From: Candidatus Moanibacter sp.
GTDB lineage: Bacteria > Verrucomicrobiota > Verrucomicrobiia > Opitutales > UBA2987
Length of the DNA: 13,929 nt
Direction: 5' to 3'
Assembly: GCA_965215885.1 (NCBI GenBank)
Contig: CBDCEW010000062.1
Span: 1-13,929, forward strand
The position numbers and the translations under genes were made by a program. Below the pieces are notes generated by a model. That model searched no databases, was not told the DNA's origin, and was given only the letters and a program-made list of their open reading frames with translations. Of this stretch, positions 1 to 8,116 are shown in pieces (the stretch's first letter is position 1; each line of letters opens with the position of its first letter).

Positions 1-805
1 ACCCTCTTCATGGGAAATACTTACAACGGCTTCGAGATGTCGGGCCCATCGGCCACATTTACTTCTTTCGCGGGCGAGATTACGAGAGTTTCGTTCCTCG
101 ATCCGGACGGCGATATCGTTTTCGCCGAATTTGGAAGCGATGTCTTTGCAACCGTGCTCACCATCGACCTCGCAGAATCCCAATCCGGAGTGGCGTCGCC
201 TTACACGCAACCCGGCACCACTTACACTCAGGGCGACGCCACTTTTACGATCGCTAACTCCACGAGCCTGACCTTCTTTTCCATTTTCAGCCTGGGGAAC
301 GACTCCACCCGGGTCGACAATGCCCTGATCAACGCCACGACTCTTTCCGATCCGGTCAACGGAATCGCGGACGTTAGCAGAGTCATCGTCTCTCCTTCGA
401 ACGGGGAGAGTGTCCAGATAGGAGGAATCAATGCGGCCAATGCAAACTTCATTGGCAGCGCCGGTATTATCGGAATCGATGCCGAAGAGGCAACTTTTGG
501 CGTGTTTCTCTTTGTCGGCGACATAACTCCATCAGCCACCGCCACCCCGTGGATCCGAATTGATCCGAGTTCCACAATAGCCGAGATCCTGATCAATGGC
601 GGCGATCTTCAGAGAGGCCACGGGTGACTTTCAAATCGACACAAACGGAGTCGTCTACACCTTCCCCATCAACGCTACCGATGGACAGCGTTCAATCGCC
701 AACAACTCCTTTCGCCCCGATCTCGGAGACGGCTCGCTCCAGACCGTTACCGATACCTTCCAAGCCGATAAAGACGCCTACTTCCTCACCGACGGCCAAA
801 ACTGA
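1..805 (+). CDS. 3' part of a hypothetical secreted/surface protein (resembles C-terminal domains of large Opitutae proteins); 5' end lies outside the window; +1 frameshift at ~607-610
   Basis: Frame 1 is open from base 1. ORF 10..627 (ITRVSFLDPDGDIVFAEF...INGGDL) joins ORF 596..805 (REATGDFQIDTNG...) if one base is removed from CTTC at 607-610. T/S/G/N-rich beta-type composition. Family resemblance is from recall, not a search. Confidence 0.7.
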
Positions 806-845
806 CAGCTCCAATATGAATCTTCCCGCCAGTCCTGGAATCGCT

Positions 846-988
846 CGCCCTTCGACGGGCTCAGGGTCTGCAACAAGCGAGCTTCCTACCCTCACGAAGA
901 TTCGTTGCGGATCGGTAGGCCGAACACCGCCAGGCGTAGGAAGGTCGCCCGTCCCAGACCCTGAGCTCCGCAGATGGGCGGCCAAAAG
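846..988. repeat. Structured dispersed repeat, copy 1, with inverted CCCTTCGACGGGCTCAGGGTC-type arms
   Basis: 846-870 is the imperfect reverse complement of 955-980. Inner CTTCCTAC pairs with GTAGGAAG. Segment 881-988 aligns with 6328-6435. Confidence 0.85.
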
Positions 989-1015
989 GCACCTCAATGG
1001 TTCTGCTAAAAATCC

Positions 1016-1070
1016 CCACGTTTTTGCGAACGCGGCTACAATGCTTCGTAAGTCGCTGATATTTGTAGCC
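1016..1070. repeat. Degenerate GTAG-type REP doublet (left arm nearly intact, right arm broken)
   Basis: CCACGTTTTTGCGAACGCGGCTAC, a 25-bp spacer and GTAGCC match the intact element at 11366-11438. Confidence 0.85.
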
Positions 1071-1302
1071 GTCCGGCTCAGCAGGATCAGAAAGTGGCCA
1101 CAGATTTCGAATTGGCGACTTTTTCACGGGAATCATCAATTTCCAATGTCCCCTCGAAACCATCCTACGCGTTTTTCTATATCTCACGAAAAATGGACAT
1201 AGGACAGAAGAAAAGGGACCAACACTTTAGTATCCTATTAAGGAAATCCCACACAACTGGACAACGGACAACAATTTCTTGAAACCCGCCGCTCCCCAAT
1301 TT

Positions 1303-2280
1303 TTACGGCATAATCAATCCTTCGCCCGGATCTAAATCCGTAAACAGATTCTTGAGCGGATCAAACTCCAAATTCCGATTATTGTATTCGGGGTTCAAGT
1401 AGTAGGCAAATTCGATCAGCCCCTTTGAGACCGCACGATCAGTAAAACCAAAGTAAAAATTTCCAAGAGTTTTTCCGTAAATGGCGCGCCTTTCCTTCCC
1501 GGTTCCATCTGTTTCGCTCCGAACGCGATAAAAGTAATTCGTATGTTTGATCTTAACATTCGGACCCGGATATTCAATCACGAGGCGATTTTCGTATCCA
1601 TCGTTCGGAGCGTGCCGTAGCAACCGCAAGAGGCTGCCTTTTTTGCGGTGGGCATAATACTCCTGGATCCCGTTCCATTCACCCGGAAAGAATACCTCCA
1701 GCCTGACGTAATACGGATCAACCGCGCCCTCCTCAAATCGTCTACTAAGCGCTATCTGCAGATCGACACTAGTCCCCTCTCCATGCGGAGCTACCCAATC
1801 CGCTTTCTCCAGGTCGAATCCAATCATTTCTCCAATCGCTGGTAATTTCATCTTCACCCGTTTGGCATAGAGCGGAATGGGGTTGCCGATTTTTTTCAGC
1901 ACTATCTCCAATTTCGGATTCCACGGCTCCCATCGTCCCGTCGCCCGCGCTTTCCTGTATTCGTCGCCATCCTGATTGAAGCGATACTCTTCCCTGTAAG
2001 TCACATAGTAGCCTTCCATATGAGCGTACGCATTTAACGATCCATCGGAACGAACCTGCGCTTCAAACAAACCTTCGCTGTCCGTCAATCCCTTCCTAAC
2101 ATACTCCTCCGGCAGTCTTGAACCGACCGTTCCCTCAACTCCTATCGTAGCGCCGGCAATCGGCTTCCCTTATTCGTCCAACACCCGGAAAGTTGCTTTG
2201 CCTCGTGTATTCGCCAGTACTGGCGTACATATTGCCTCAAACAATCCAAACCATAAGAATATGTGTATCATCACTTTCAT
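1303..2280 (-). pseudogene. Secreted carboxypeptidase-regulatory-like domain protein (putative immunity family), interrupted by an in-frame TAA
   Basis: Extending ORF 1303..2088 upstream in frame gives MKVMIHIFLWFGLFEAICTPVLANTRGKATFRVLDE*GKPIAGATI...KGLTDSEGLF. ATG is at 2278-2280, followed by a signal-peptide-like stretch, with TAA at 2170-2172. V.DE.G.P+.GA.+ and G.TD..G.F are typical of this fold. Confidence 0.8.
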
Positions 2281-2401
2281 TACTCTATGGCCCTCCATTT
2301 ACTCCCAAGTACTTGCCAGGCAACCTCTTGCTCACGCCGCTAATATTCTTCATCCAGCATGCCACGGCTTACTACAGACGGAAGCCCTCCTCACGTAACC
2401 G

Positions 2402-2418
2402 CCCTGCCGTACGGCAGG
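2402..2418. repeat. Mini-palindrome CCCTGCCGTACGGCAGG, copy 1
   Basis: 2402-2419 is a perfect 18-bp palindrome; it differs by one base from the copy at 2556-2572. Confidence 0.75.
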
Positions 2419-2555
2419 GTGGTGGTAGCGCTAAGCAAAACCATCTACGCCTTCATCCGCTGAGCGGATCGATGACGGACCTGTCAAGGCGAGTGGAATT
2501 GTTACTGTCAATCCTTCGTTTGCGAGCCATCGATTTAGAACTTGATCATTCCCTG

Positions 2556-2572
2556 CCCTGCCGCACGGCAGG
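2556..2572. repeat. Mini-palindrome CCCTGCCGCACGGCAGG, copy 2
   Basis: 16/17 identical to 2402-2418 and preceded by a CCCTG duplication (2551-2555). Confidence 0.75.
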
Positions 2573-2707
2573 ACTGTATGGTTCCAAGAAACACCTCGTA
2601 GGACGACACCCGGTCCAAAAGACTAAAAAAATCGTAGATTCACCGTAGTCCTTCTGAGGGGAAAGGGGAAAAGGCTTTATGAGGGTGTCGTTCAATTCCA
2701 GACCCCA

Positions 2708-2839
2708 TCAGAGCCTCTTTTCGATCAAAGAATTCGCAATCTGGTATCCTTTCTGCCATTGAACCTGAGTGACCTTCTGCGGAGACAGGGCAACGCCTTT
2801 AGCCCCGCTATTTCGATCATAATACACGATCGCAACGAG
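2708..2839 (-). pseudogene. Possible C-terminal gene remnant (43 aa, no start codon)
   Basis: Minus frame reads LVAIVYYDRNSGAKGVALSPQKVTQVQWQKGYQIANSLIEKRL*. It is protein-like and co-oriented with the cassette genes. Confidence 0.35.
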
Positions 2840-2856
2840 TCACGTTTCAGGTAGTG

Positions 2857-3402
2857 CTATTTCGGAATCATCTCTTTCTCCGCTGTTCTTAGCTCTTCTC
2901 CCTCAGTTTCCCTGATAGCATCAAGGATCAACGCATCAAAATTATCTCTTTGCCACACCGGCTTTATCTCTGAATCCAAATATCTCCATGTATAAACTTG
3001 AATAAGCCGTTTTTCCCGAAGTGTTATCCCTTTAATATAATACGTAAAAATCGACTGTGAATTTCGGACAGAATCATCCAAGTAGAATCTAGCTTTCGAG
3101 AGATCGCCCACATGTAAGTAGATGTTGAAAAGCCTCAAATTGACAACGAAGAAATTAAAATATGGATCGATATTGTTTCGTGCGAGAACCTCAAAGTCTG
3201 CTGTCGTTAGGTTTTTCTTGAGTTCATAATACTGAAGCATAATTCTTTCGGCATCTTCAATTTCGCCGTCTTCATATATCGCAATTGCCTGTGCGCGAAA
3301 TGCAAAATAACCTTCTACATCGAATTGATCCTCTGAGCGGACATTACACGACAGAAGTGGTATGAATAAAGCAGCAATCCTAGTCACACGATTCATTCTC
3401 AT
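2857..3402 (-). CDS. Hypothetical helical (TPR-like) lipoprotein; putative cognate immunity protein
   Basis: 181-aa AT-rich ORF with a basic N-terminus, hydrophobic stretch and LLSC lipobox-like motif. It starts 21 bp after the toxin-like ORF and is paralogous to 4652..5101. Confidence 0.8.
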   Translation of the reverse strand: MRMNRVTRIAALFIPLLSCNVRSEDQFDVEGYFAFRAQAIAIYEDGEIEDAERIMLQYYELKKNLTTADFEVLARNNIDPYFNFFVVNLRLFNIYLHVGDLSKARFYLDDSVRNSQSIFTYYIKGITLREKRLIQVYTWRYLDSEIKPVWQRDNFDALILDAIRETEGEELRTAEKEMIPK

Positions 3403-3423
3403 TCCAATTTTAGACGTTAATTA

Positions 3424-4330
3424 TTAACGATTTCTGAGTAGCCTATTTTCTACGTCTCTCGCCTGATTCAAAAGCGCAGTAGTAGCTTGTTTCTCGGAGA
3501 AAAAGAGCCCTGACATAACACTGGATTTTACTGGAATAAAATCTCCAGTCGTCGCCACGAACTTCCATCCGCTCGCACTGTCCCATCGAAACAATGAAAC
3601 TTTAAATCGCGCCTTCCAAAATGGTAACCGCCTCCTGTTGAAATTCACAATATTCTGAGCAGTACCTACAAGAGCACCACCTCCTGCTTGCACGACTTGA
3701 TTACCGACCTTCAAGGCTACATGAACTGGAGAGACTTTAGGAATAGTAACCCCCGGCTTAGTCAATGTGGCAAGACTCGCTGCAGCATCAACCGCCTTTA
3801 ACGCAGTTTTTCCACGATCCACCATCAATTGTCCGGTCGGATCATTACCCAGATGTGTGATGTCCGTCTCAACCAAAGACAGAATTTCTCCCTCTTCAAA
3901 ATCTTCTTCATTAAGCAGCAGTTCCACACCACCTTGCTCCGCGTTAAACAAATGAACAAACGCTGCTGACAGGGCTCCATTTGCAAATTTGCCCCCCACT
4001 TAACTCCGAAATAGTACCACCGACTACGGCAGCCGCAACCGTGCGCAACGCGATTCTATTCGAACCATCACCTGCGACGCCCAACGATCCTCTACCAAAT
4101 CCGGCACCGGGGCGCGAACCGAAAATTCATCCCGCAAACGCCCCCGCGAACCCGGAGCCGAAATCCCCGCCAAGTGCTTCCGAGAAACCTCCCTGGACAA
4201 TTCCATGAGTAAAGGCGCGAGCCAGTTCGATAAAGTTGAATTCTCTTAGATCGGTCAGAAAATCGGCAGAGTTCAATTTATCAAAAATTCCTCCTATGCC
4301 GGACGTAATCCCTGTCAGAACGAGCCCGCG
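3424..4330 (-). pseudogene. Orphan Rhs-family C-terminal module: Gly/Ala-rich pre-toxin region plus unrecognised toxin domain; 5'-truncated with a nonsense codon and a frameshift
   Basis: Manual translation gives ...[36 protein letters not shown]...AAAVVGGTISELSGG/KFANGALSAAFVHLFNAE. This matches the GGKFANGA..AF..LFN pre-toxin signature of large Rhs/YD proteins. TGA at 4127-4129; +1 frameshift in the C6 run at 3992-3997. Confidence 0.8.
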
Positions 4331-4651
4331 AATGGTGCAATTGAAGCTCGAAATCCATTCTCACATCTTTGGCAAATCGAGTTTGGCTCCTGCGGAGGAA
4401 CGGCAGTTGGCGTGGGTGGACCTTCTGTTGCGATGTTCGAAGGATAGGTGAAGCAGGATCAACGATATTTCAGGCTGTGAATCCGAGAAGCTCGTAATGG
4501 CGTTTAATTCTTGCTATTGATTGGCACCATCGTGGCTATGGCTGCCCTCATTTCCAACCCACTGCGTAAAGGCGAGTTTGAAAAACAGCCCGATTAACAC
4601 GACCCCTTTTCGCGTTCTATGCCCTTTATCGCGTTCCTTCTGGCGCCTCAT

Positions 4652-5101
4652 CTACGACCCTTTGTCCTTTACCGACCATTTCGGTCCCAGATTATTCTCA
4701 AATATCTCAAGATACTGCCTCTCCAAGACTTCCAATTTCTTTTCTTTTGAGAGACCAGGTGCAAAGAAGTCAAACTGGTCGTAATAATAACAGCTTTCCC
4801 TTAAGTATCTTGTAGCATCTGAGGCTTCTCCCAAAAAAGTGTGTATTGTAAATAACTTAAAGGCAACGTTACTCAATGCCATGTTGTAATCGATCCCATC
4901 ATTGCCTTTCAACTTCTCCCGATACAATTCATCCAAGATTATCAAGAGCGCATATTTTGCTTCATAAATATTGTCCCCATCATATTTTTGCAAAGCGGCC
5001 TCATATTTATCTCCAATATTCGAAGCCTTTTTTACCCCAAAAACTGCATAGCAAGAGTAAGACAAAAGTATTAGAGTAGCGAATGCAATCAGTCGATTCA
5101 T
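4652..5101 (-). CDS. Hypothetical exported helical protein; orphan immunity-like paralog of 2857..3402
   Basis: 149-aa AT-rich ORF with a signal-like N-terminus. KLFTIHTFLGEASDATRYLRES aligns with RLFNIYLHVGDLSKARFYLDDS, and PKW aligns with PVW. Confidence 0.8.
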   Translation of the reverse strand: MNRLIAFATLILLSYSCYAVFGVKKASNIGDKYEAALQKYDGDNIYEAKYALLIILDELYREKLKGNDGIDYNMALSNVAFKLFTIHTFLGEASDATRYLRESCYYYDQFDFFAPGLSKEKKLEVLERQYLEIFENNLGPKWSVKDKGS

Positions 5102-5700
5102 CGAAACATTAACATTCCCGAATCAGCCTCTGTTGCATATTAACAAAGGTCTAAACGACAGGACGAGAAGAAACTCCAGAAGCCGTTGCGCCTCAGGAGA
5201 TTAACTGAGGACAGAAGGTCTATGTTCTGCTCCGTGGAAAGGTTCGTGTCATGTTACGAGAGATTGCTTGGACGGTGTGAAGTATCGGAAAGTGCCTGGG
5301 CAATGCGCAATGCCCATGGCAGCAAAGTCAGCTGGCGCAGAAGCACAAAGGGGGCTGAAGCGATAATCGTTGTTTTTCGTTAGGGATCATCATATTGGCG
5401 GGGCCAAAAGTATCGTTCTCAGTAATAATGCGAGTCAACAGAAAATTTCAGAGTTCTTGAAACTGCCGCATAAGAAGTTGCGATTTGACGACTCCGATGT
5501 GATGACGCGAGTAGGAATCGGTTGAGAAAACATGATGATCAGTGAATCAGGAATAATCTCTCGGAAGAGAGATCTCTTCTCCTCCATTCCGCATCAACGC
5601 TTCATTTCCACCCATCCCTCCGCCTTCATCCTTCTCTTCAGCCCCCCTCATTTGGCATCGCCAAATGCCTGGAAATTCGCGTTACTGCGCGAATTTCCCA

Positions 5701-6270
5701 TTAGAACAGAAACCCGACTTCGACGGAAAGATCCGGAAACGCCGCCGGCGCCAGGCGCTCATCCCTAGACGGCCGTCGAACCGAACCGAAACCGCTACCC
5801 TGCGGATTCTGAAAGACCTCCACTACCTCGGACTCGAGGTCGATTAACCACACTTCCGCAATTCCATTCTCCGCATATAAGGGTACCTTGAGCGCTCGAT
5901 CGCTTTCGACAGAGGTGTCCGCCACTTCCACGAGAAGCAGCACATCTTCCGGACCCGGAAGTTCTTCGGCGTAAAAGCTCTCTTCGGATTTCAGCAACAT
6001 TAAATCCGGTTCGGGCTCGCTCTCATCACGGAGTAGAAGCGGATTCTGCGGGCTAACCAGCCCACGACCTCCTAATTCTGCTGCAAAGAAATTTGTGAGC
6101 TTCGTAACAATGGAAGCATGTCTCTTCCCAATCGGTGACATCACGATAATCTTCCCTTCTATAAGTTCCACCCGATCATCTTCATGCAAAACTCCAGTTT
6201 CTGCCATACGGTGATACTGCTCTCGCGTAAAATGATAGTCCTGACCCACTGCTATAACGGCCGATTTCAT
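5701..6270 (-). CDS. Uma2 family (DUF820) PD-(D/E)xK endonuclease
   Basis: Family motifs FT..QY.RM.E.G, RVELIEG.I..MSP, EPEPDL, LLVEVADTS..D...K..LYA..GI.EVW.IDL. Confidence 0.93.
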   Translation of the reverse strand: MKSAVIAVGQDYHFTREQYHRMAETGVLHEDDRVELIEGKIIVMSPIGKRHASIVTKLTNFFAAELGGRGLVSPQNPLLLRDESEPEPDLMLLKSEESFYAEELPGPEDVLLLVEVADTSVESDRALKVPLYAENGIAEVWLIDLESEVVEVFQNPQGSGFGSVRRPSRDERLAPAAFPDLSVEVGFLF

Positions 6271-6327
6271 AACTCAATCATAGCCCACTTCAGCTCAACA
6301 TCAAGCTTCCTCATCCGCATATCGCTC

Positions 6328-6495
6328 GCTTTCTACCCTCGTGGAGATCCGCCGAACATCGGTCTCCGAACTCCGCCAGGCGTAGGAAGGCCGCTTGTCG
6401 AAGACCCTGAGCTCCGTCGATGGGCGGCCGAAAAGAACACCAATTTCCAAAGTTCGCTCGCAACCAAGCTTCCTACCCTCGCGGAGATCCGTTGC
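6328..6495. repeat. Structured dispersed repeat, copy 2 (6328-6435) plus partial copy 3 (6460-6495)
   Basis: Shares CTACCCTC, CCGCCAGGCGTAGGAAGG, GACCCTGAGCTCCG and GATGGGCGGCC blocks with 881-988 in direct orientation. Confidence 0.85.
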
Positions 6496-6626
6496 CTTCA
6501 ATGCTCCCACAGTCCCCATTCGTTGCCCTTCATTCATTCGTTGCTTCCACTCTCCCCATTCGTTGCTCTCACTGCTCAGATTCGTTGCCCCTCATTCATT
6601 CGTTGCTGACTTACTCATTCTGTTGC
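6486..6626. repeat. Short interspaced array of (C/G)ATTCGTTGC, 7 units
   Basis: Units start at 6486 (degenerate), 6517, 6535, 6557, 6579, 6597 and 6616 (degenerate). Spacers are mostly 8-12 bp. Confidence 0.85.
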
Positions 6627-6901
6627 AGCACAAAGAAGCGTACGCCTTCCCTACCTTGAGAGACTAGCCCACCACGGCTTCAAACATGCTTGAGATTAGC
6701 AGCGGGATAGGGCTTAATGCTATCGCAACAATCATGATAGCAGCCTGCCGGGCCTATTCGAGCTATTTCCAATCCCGGCCTTCCGGGATTGGAAACAATG
6801 AATCTGTCCGTCTCATCTGCGTCGGAATATCGATCTATCAACATGAAGTCCGCACCTCAGGAAAGTTACGAATGCCAGGTCCGACAGATTCCTAATTCCT
6901 A

Positions 6902-8116
6902 ATGAAGACCCTACGAATACTGCCTCCTATCGCCGTTCTGGGCATTACTTTCGGAGTCTGCTTCCTGATTTTCTGGACCGAACCGGAGCCGGAGAAATCA
7001 CCGCAGCGAGAGAGTGTTCTGAAGGTCAACGTGGTGCCGCTGGGACGGGTTTCCTACCAGGTATGGCTGAAGACACAGGGCACGGTGCAGGCGCGCACCG
7101 AGAGTACCCTGGTCTCTGAAGTGCGTGGCAAAGTGATGACCGTTTCCGATTCCATCAGAGCCGGCGGTTTTTTTCATGCGGGAGAGGTGTTATTGGAGAT
7201 CGATCCCAGAGACTACGAAACCGCCATTGTGGAGGTCGAAGCAAATCTCGCTCAAGCTGAATTGGCCCAGGCCCAGGAGGAGGCGAGCGCCGACCAGGCA
7301 CGGCTGGATTGGGAACGCCTGCAGCCGAACGCAGAAGCATCCGACCTCGTTCTTCGCAAGCCCCAGTTAAAACAAGCCAGAAGCGATGTGGCGTGGGCGG
7401 AGGCTCGCCTGGCAAATGCGAAACTCAATCTCGAGCGCACCCGGATTACAGCGCCCTATTCGGGTCGTATCCTCTCCAAGAATATCGACGTCGGTCAATA
7501 TGTCGCTACGGGAAGTGTCCTGGCTCAAATTTACGCCGTCGACTATGCTGAGATCCGGCTGCCCTTGAGCGAACGCCAGTTAGCCTATGTGCGTATTCCG
7601 GAGTTGTATCTGGGCGAATCCTCTCAATCTTCCGCCAGTCCCGAGGTGACCCTCGTTTCGACCCTCGGTGCGGAATCCTTCCTCTGGTTGGGGCGTATCG
7701 TGCGCGCCGAAGGCGCCCTCGATGGCCGTTCCCGCCAGTTGTTCGTCATTGCTCAGGTGGAAAATCCATACGGCAAGCAAGCCGACGGACGTCCTCCCTT
7801 GAAAGTGGGCTCTTTCGTGGAGGCGACCATAAAGGGAAAAGTGTTGGAGAACGTATTTGTCATTCCGCGCAAGTACTACAGAAAAAATGAGTATGTATTG
7901 ACTGTCGATGAAGATGAAAAGCTGCGGCTTCGTTCCATCGAAGTTGAATGGGGCGATGAGGTGAATCTGGCGGTTAGTAATGGACTGGAAGACGGCGACC
8001 GACTCTGCCTCACACCTCTGAGTTTTCCCGTTGACGGTATAAGCGTTGCCGTTGTTCCTCAGGAAAGCGACCAGGTGACGAGCAAGATCGTGAAAGACAT
8101 CCCTGACCATGAATAG
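6902..8116 (+). CDS. RND efflux transporter periplasmic adaptor (membrane fusion protein)
   Basis: N-terminal TM anchor, GTVQA...SEVRGKV lipoyl half-motif, coiled-coil hairpin and LERTRITAPYSG..V.VGQYV motif. Overlaps the permease start by 8 bp. Confidence 0.96.
   Translation: MKTLRILPPIAVLGITFGVCFLIFWTEPEPEKSPQRESVLKVNVVPLGRVSYQVWLKTQGTVQARTESTLVSEVRGKVMTVSDSIRAGGFFHAGEVLLEIDPRDYETAIVEVEANLAQAELAQAQEEASADQARLDWERLQPNAEASDLVLRKPQLKQARSDVAWAEARLANAKLNLERTRITAPYSGRILSKNIDVGQYVATGSVLAQIYAVDYAEIRLPLSERQLAYVRIPELYLGESSQSSASPEVTLVSTLGAESFLWLGRIVRAEGALDGRSRQLFVIAQVENPYGKQADGRPPLKVGSFVEATIKGKVLENVFVIPRKYYRKNEYVLTVDEDEKLRLRSIEVEWGDEVNLAVSNGLEDGDRLCLTPLSFPVDGISVAVVPQESDQVTSKIVKDIPDHE

Larger units (their letters stand above)
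2372..2639 (-). pseudogene. Possible decayed gene remnant interrupted by two 17-bp palindromes
   Basis: Removing 2402-2418 and 2556-2572 gives one 78-codon frame (IYDFFSLLDRVSSYEVFLGTIQSGNDQVLNRWLANEG...FA*RYHHRLREEGFRL*) with a single internal stop. Confidence 0.3.

Noticed and set aside
624..1202. 192-aa ORF (and 6184..6609) sharing the peptide RTPPGVGR..V.DPELRRWAA
   Set aside because: The shared peptide is simply the translation of the DNA repeat. The rest is off-frame, low-complexity sequence overlapping real genes.
2193..2648. 151-aa plus-strand ORF
   Set aside because: It is antisense to the start of the 1303..2280 gene and to the remnants, and it is not protein-like.
4127..4129. Stop-codon recoding to explain the in-frame stops
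   Set aside because: The internal stops are of mixed types (TGA, TAA, TAG) and co-occur with a frameshift and truncation. TGA, TAA and TAG all end intact genes in this window.
4598..4610. GACCCC motifs downstream of cassette genes (also 2701-2706) as cassette recombination sites
   Set aside because: Only ~6 bp are shared and there is no attC-like symmetry.
5286..5302. GGAAAGTGCC / GCCTGGGCA resembling RNase P or ZTP riboswitch fragments
   Set aside because: The other conserved elements of either RNA are missing.
6370..6390. GCCAGGCGTAGGAA resembling the 3' end of a TPP riboswitch
   Set aside because: The CTGAGA and CCTGA core motifs are not present in the required order, and there is no thiamine gene nearby.
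6486..6626. CRISPR array
   Set aside because: Repeats of ~10 bp and spacers of mostly 8-12 bp are too short, the spacers resemble each other, and no cas genes are present.
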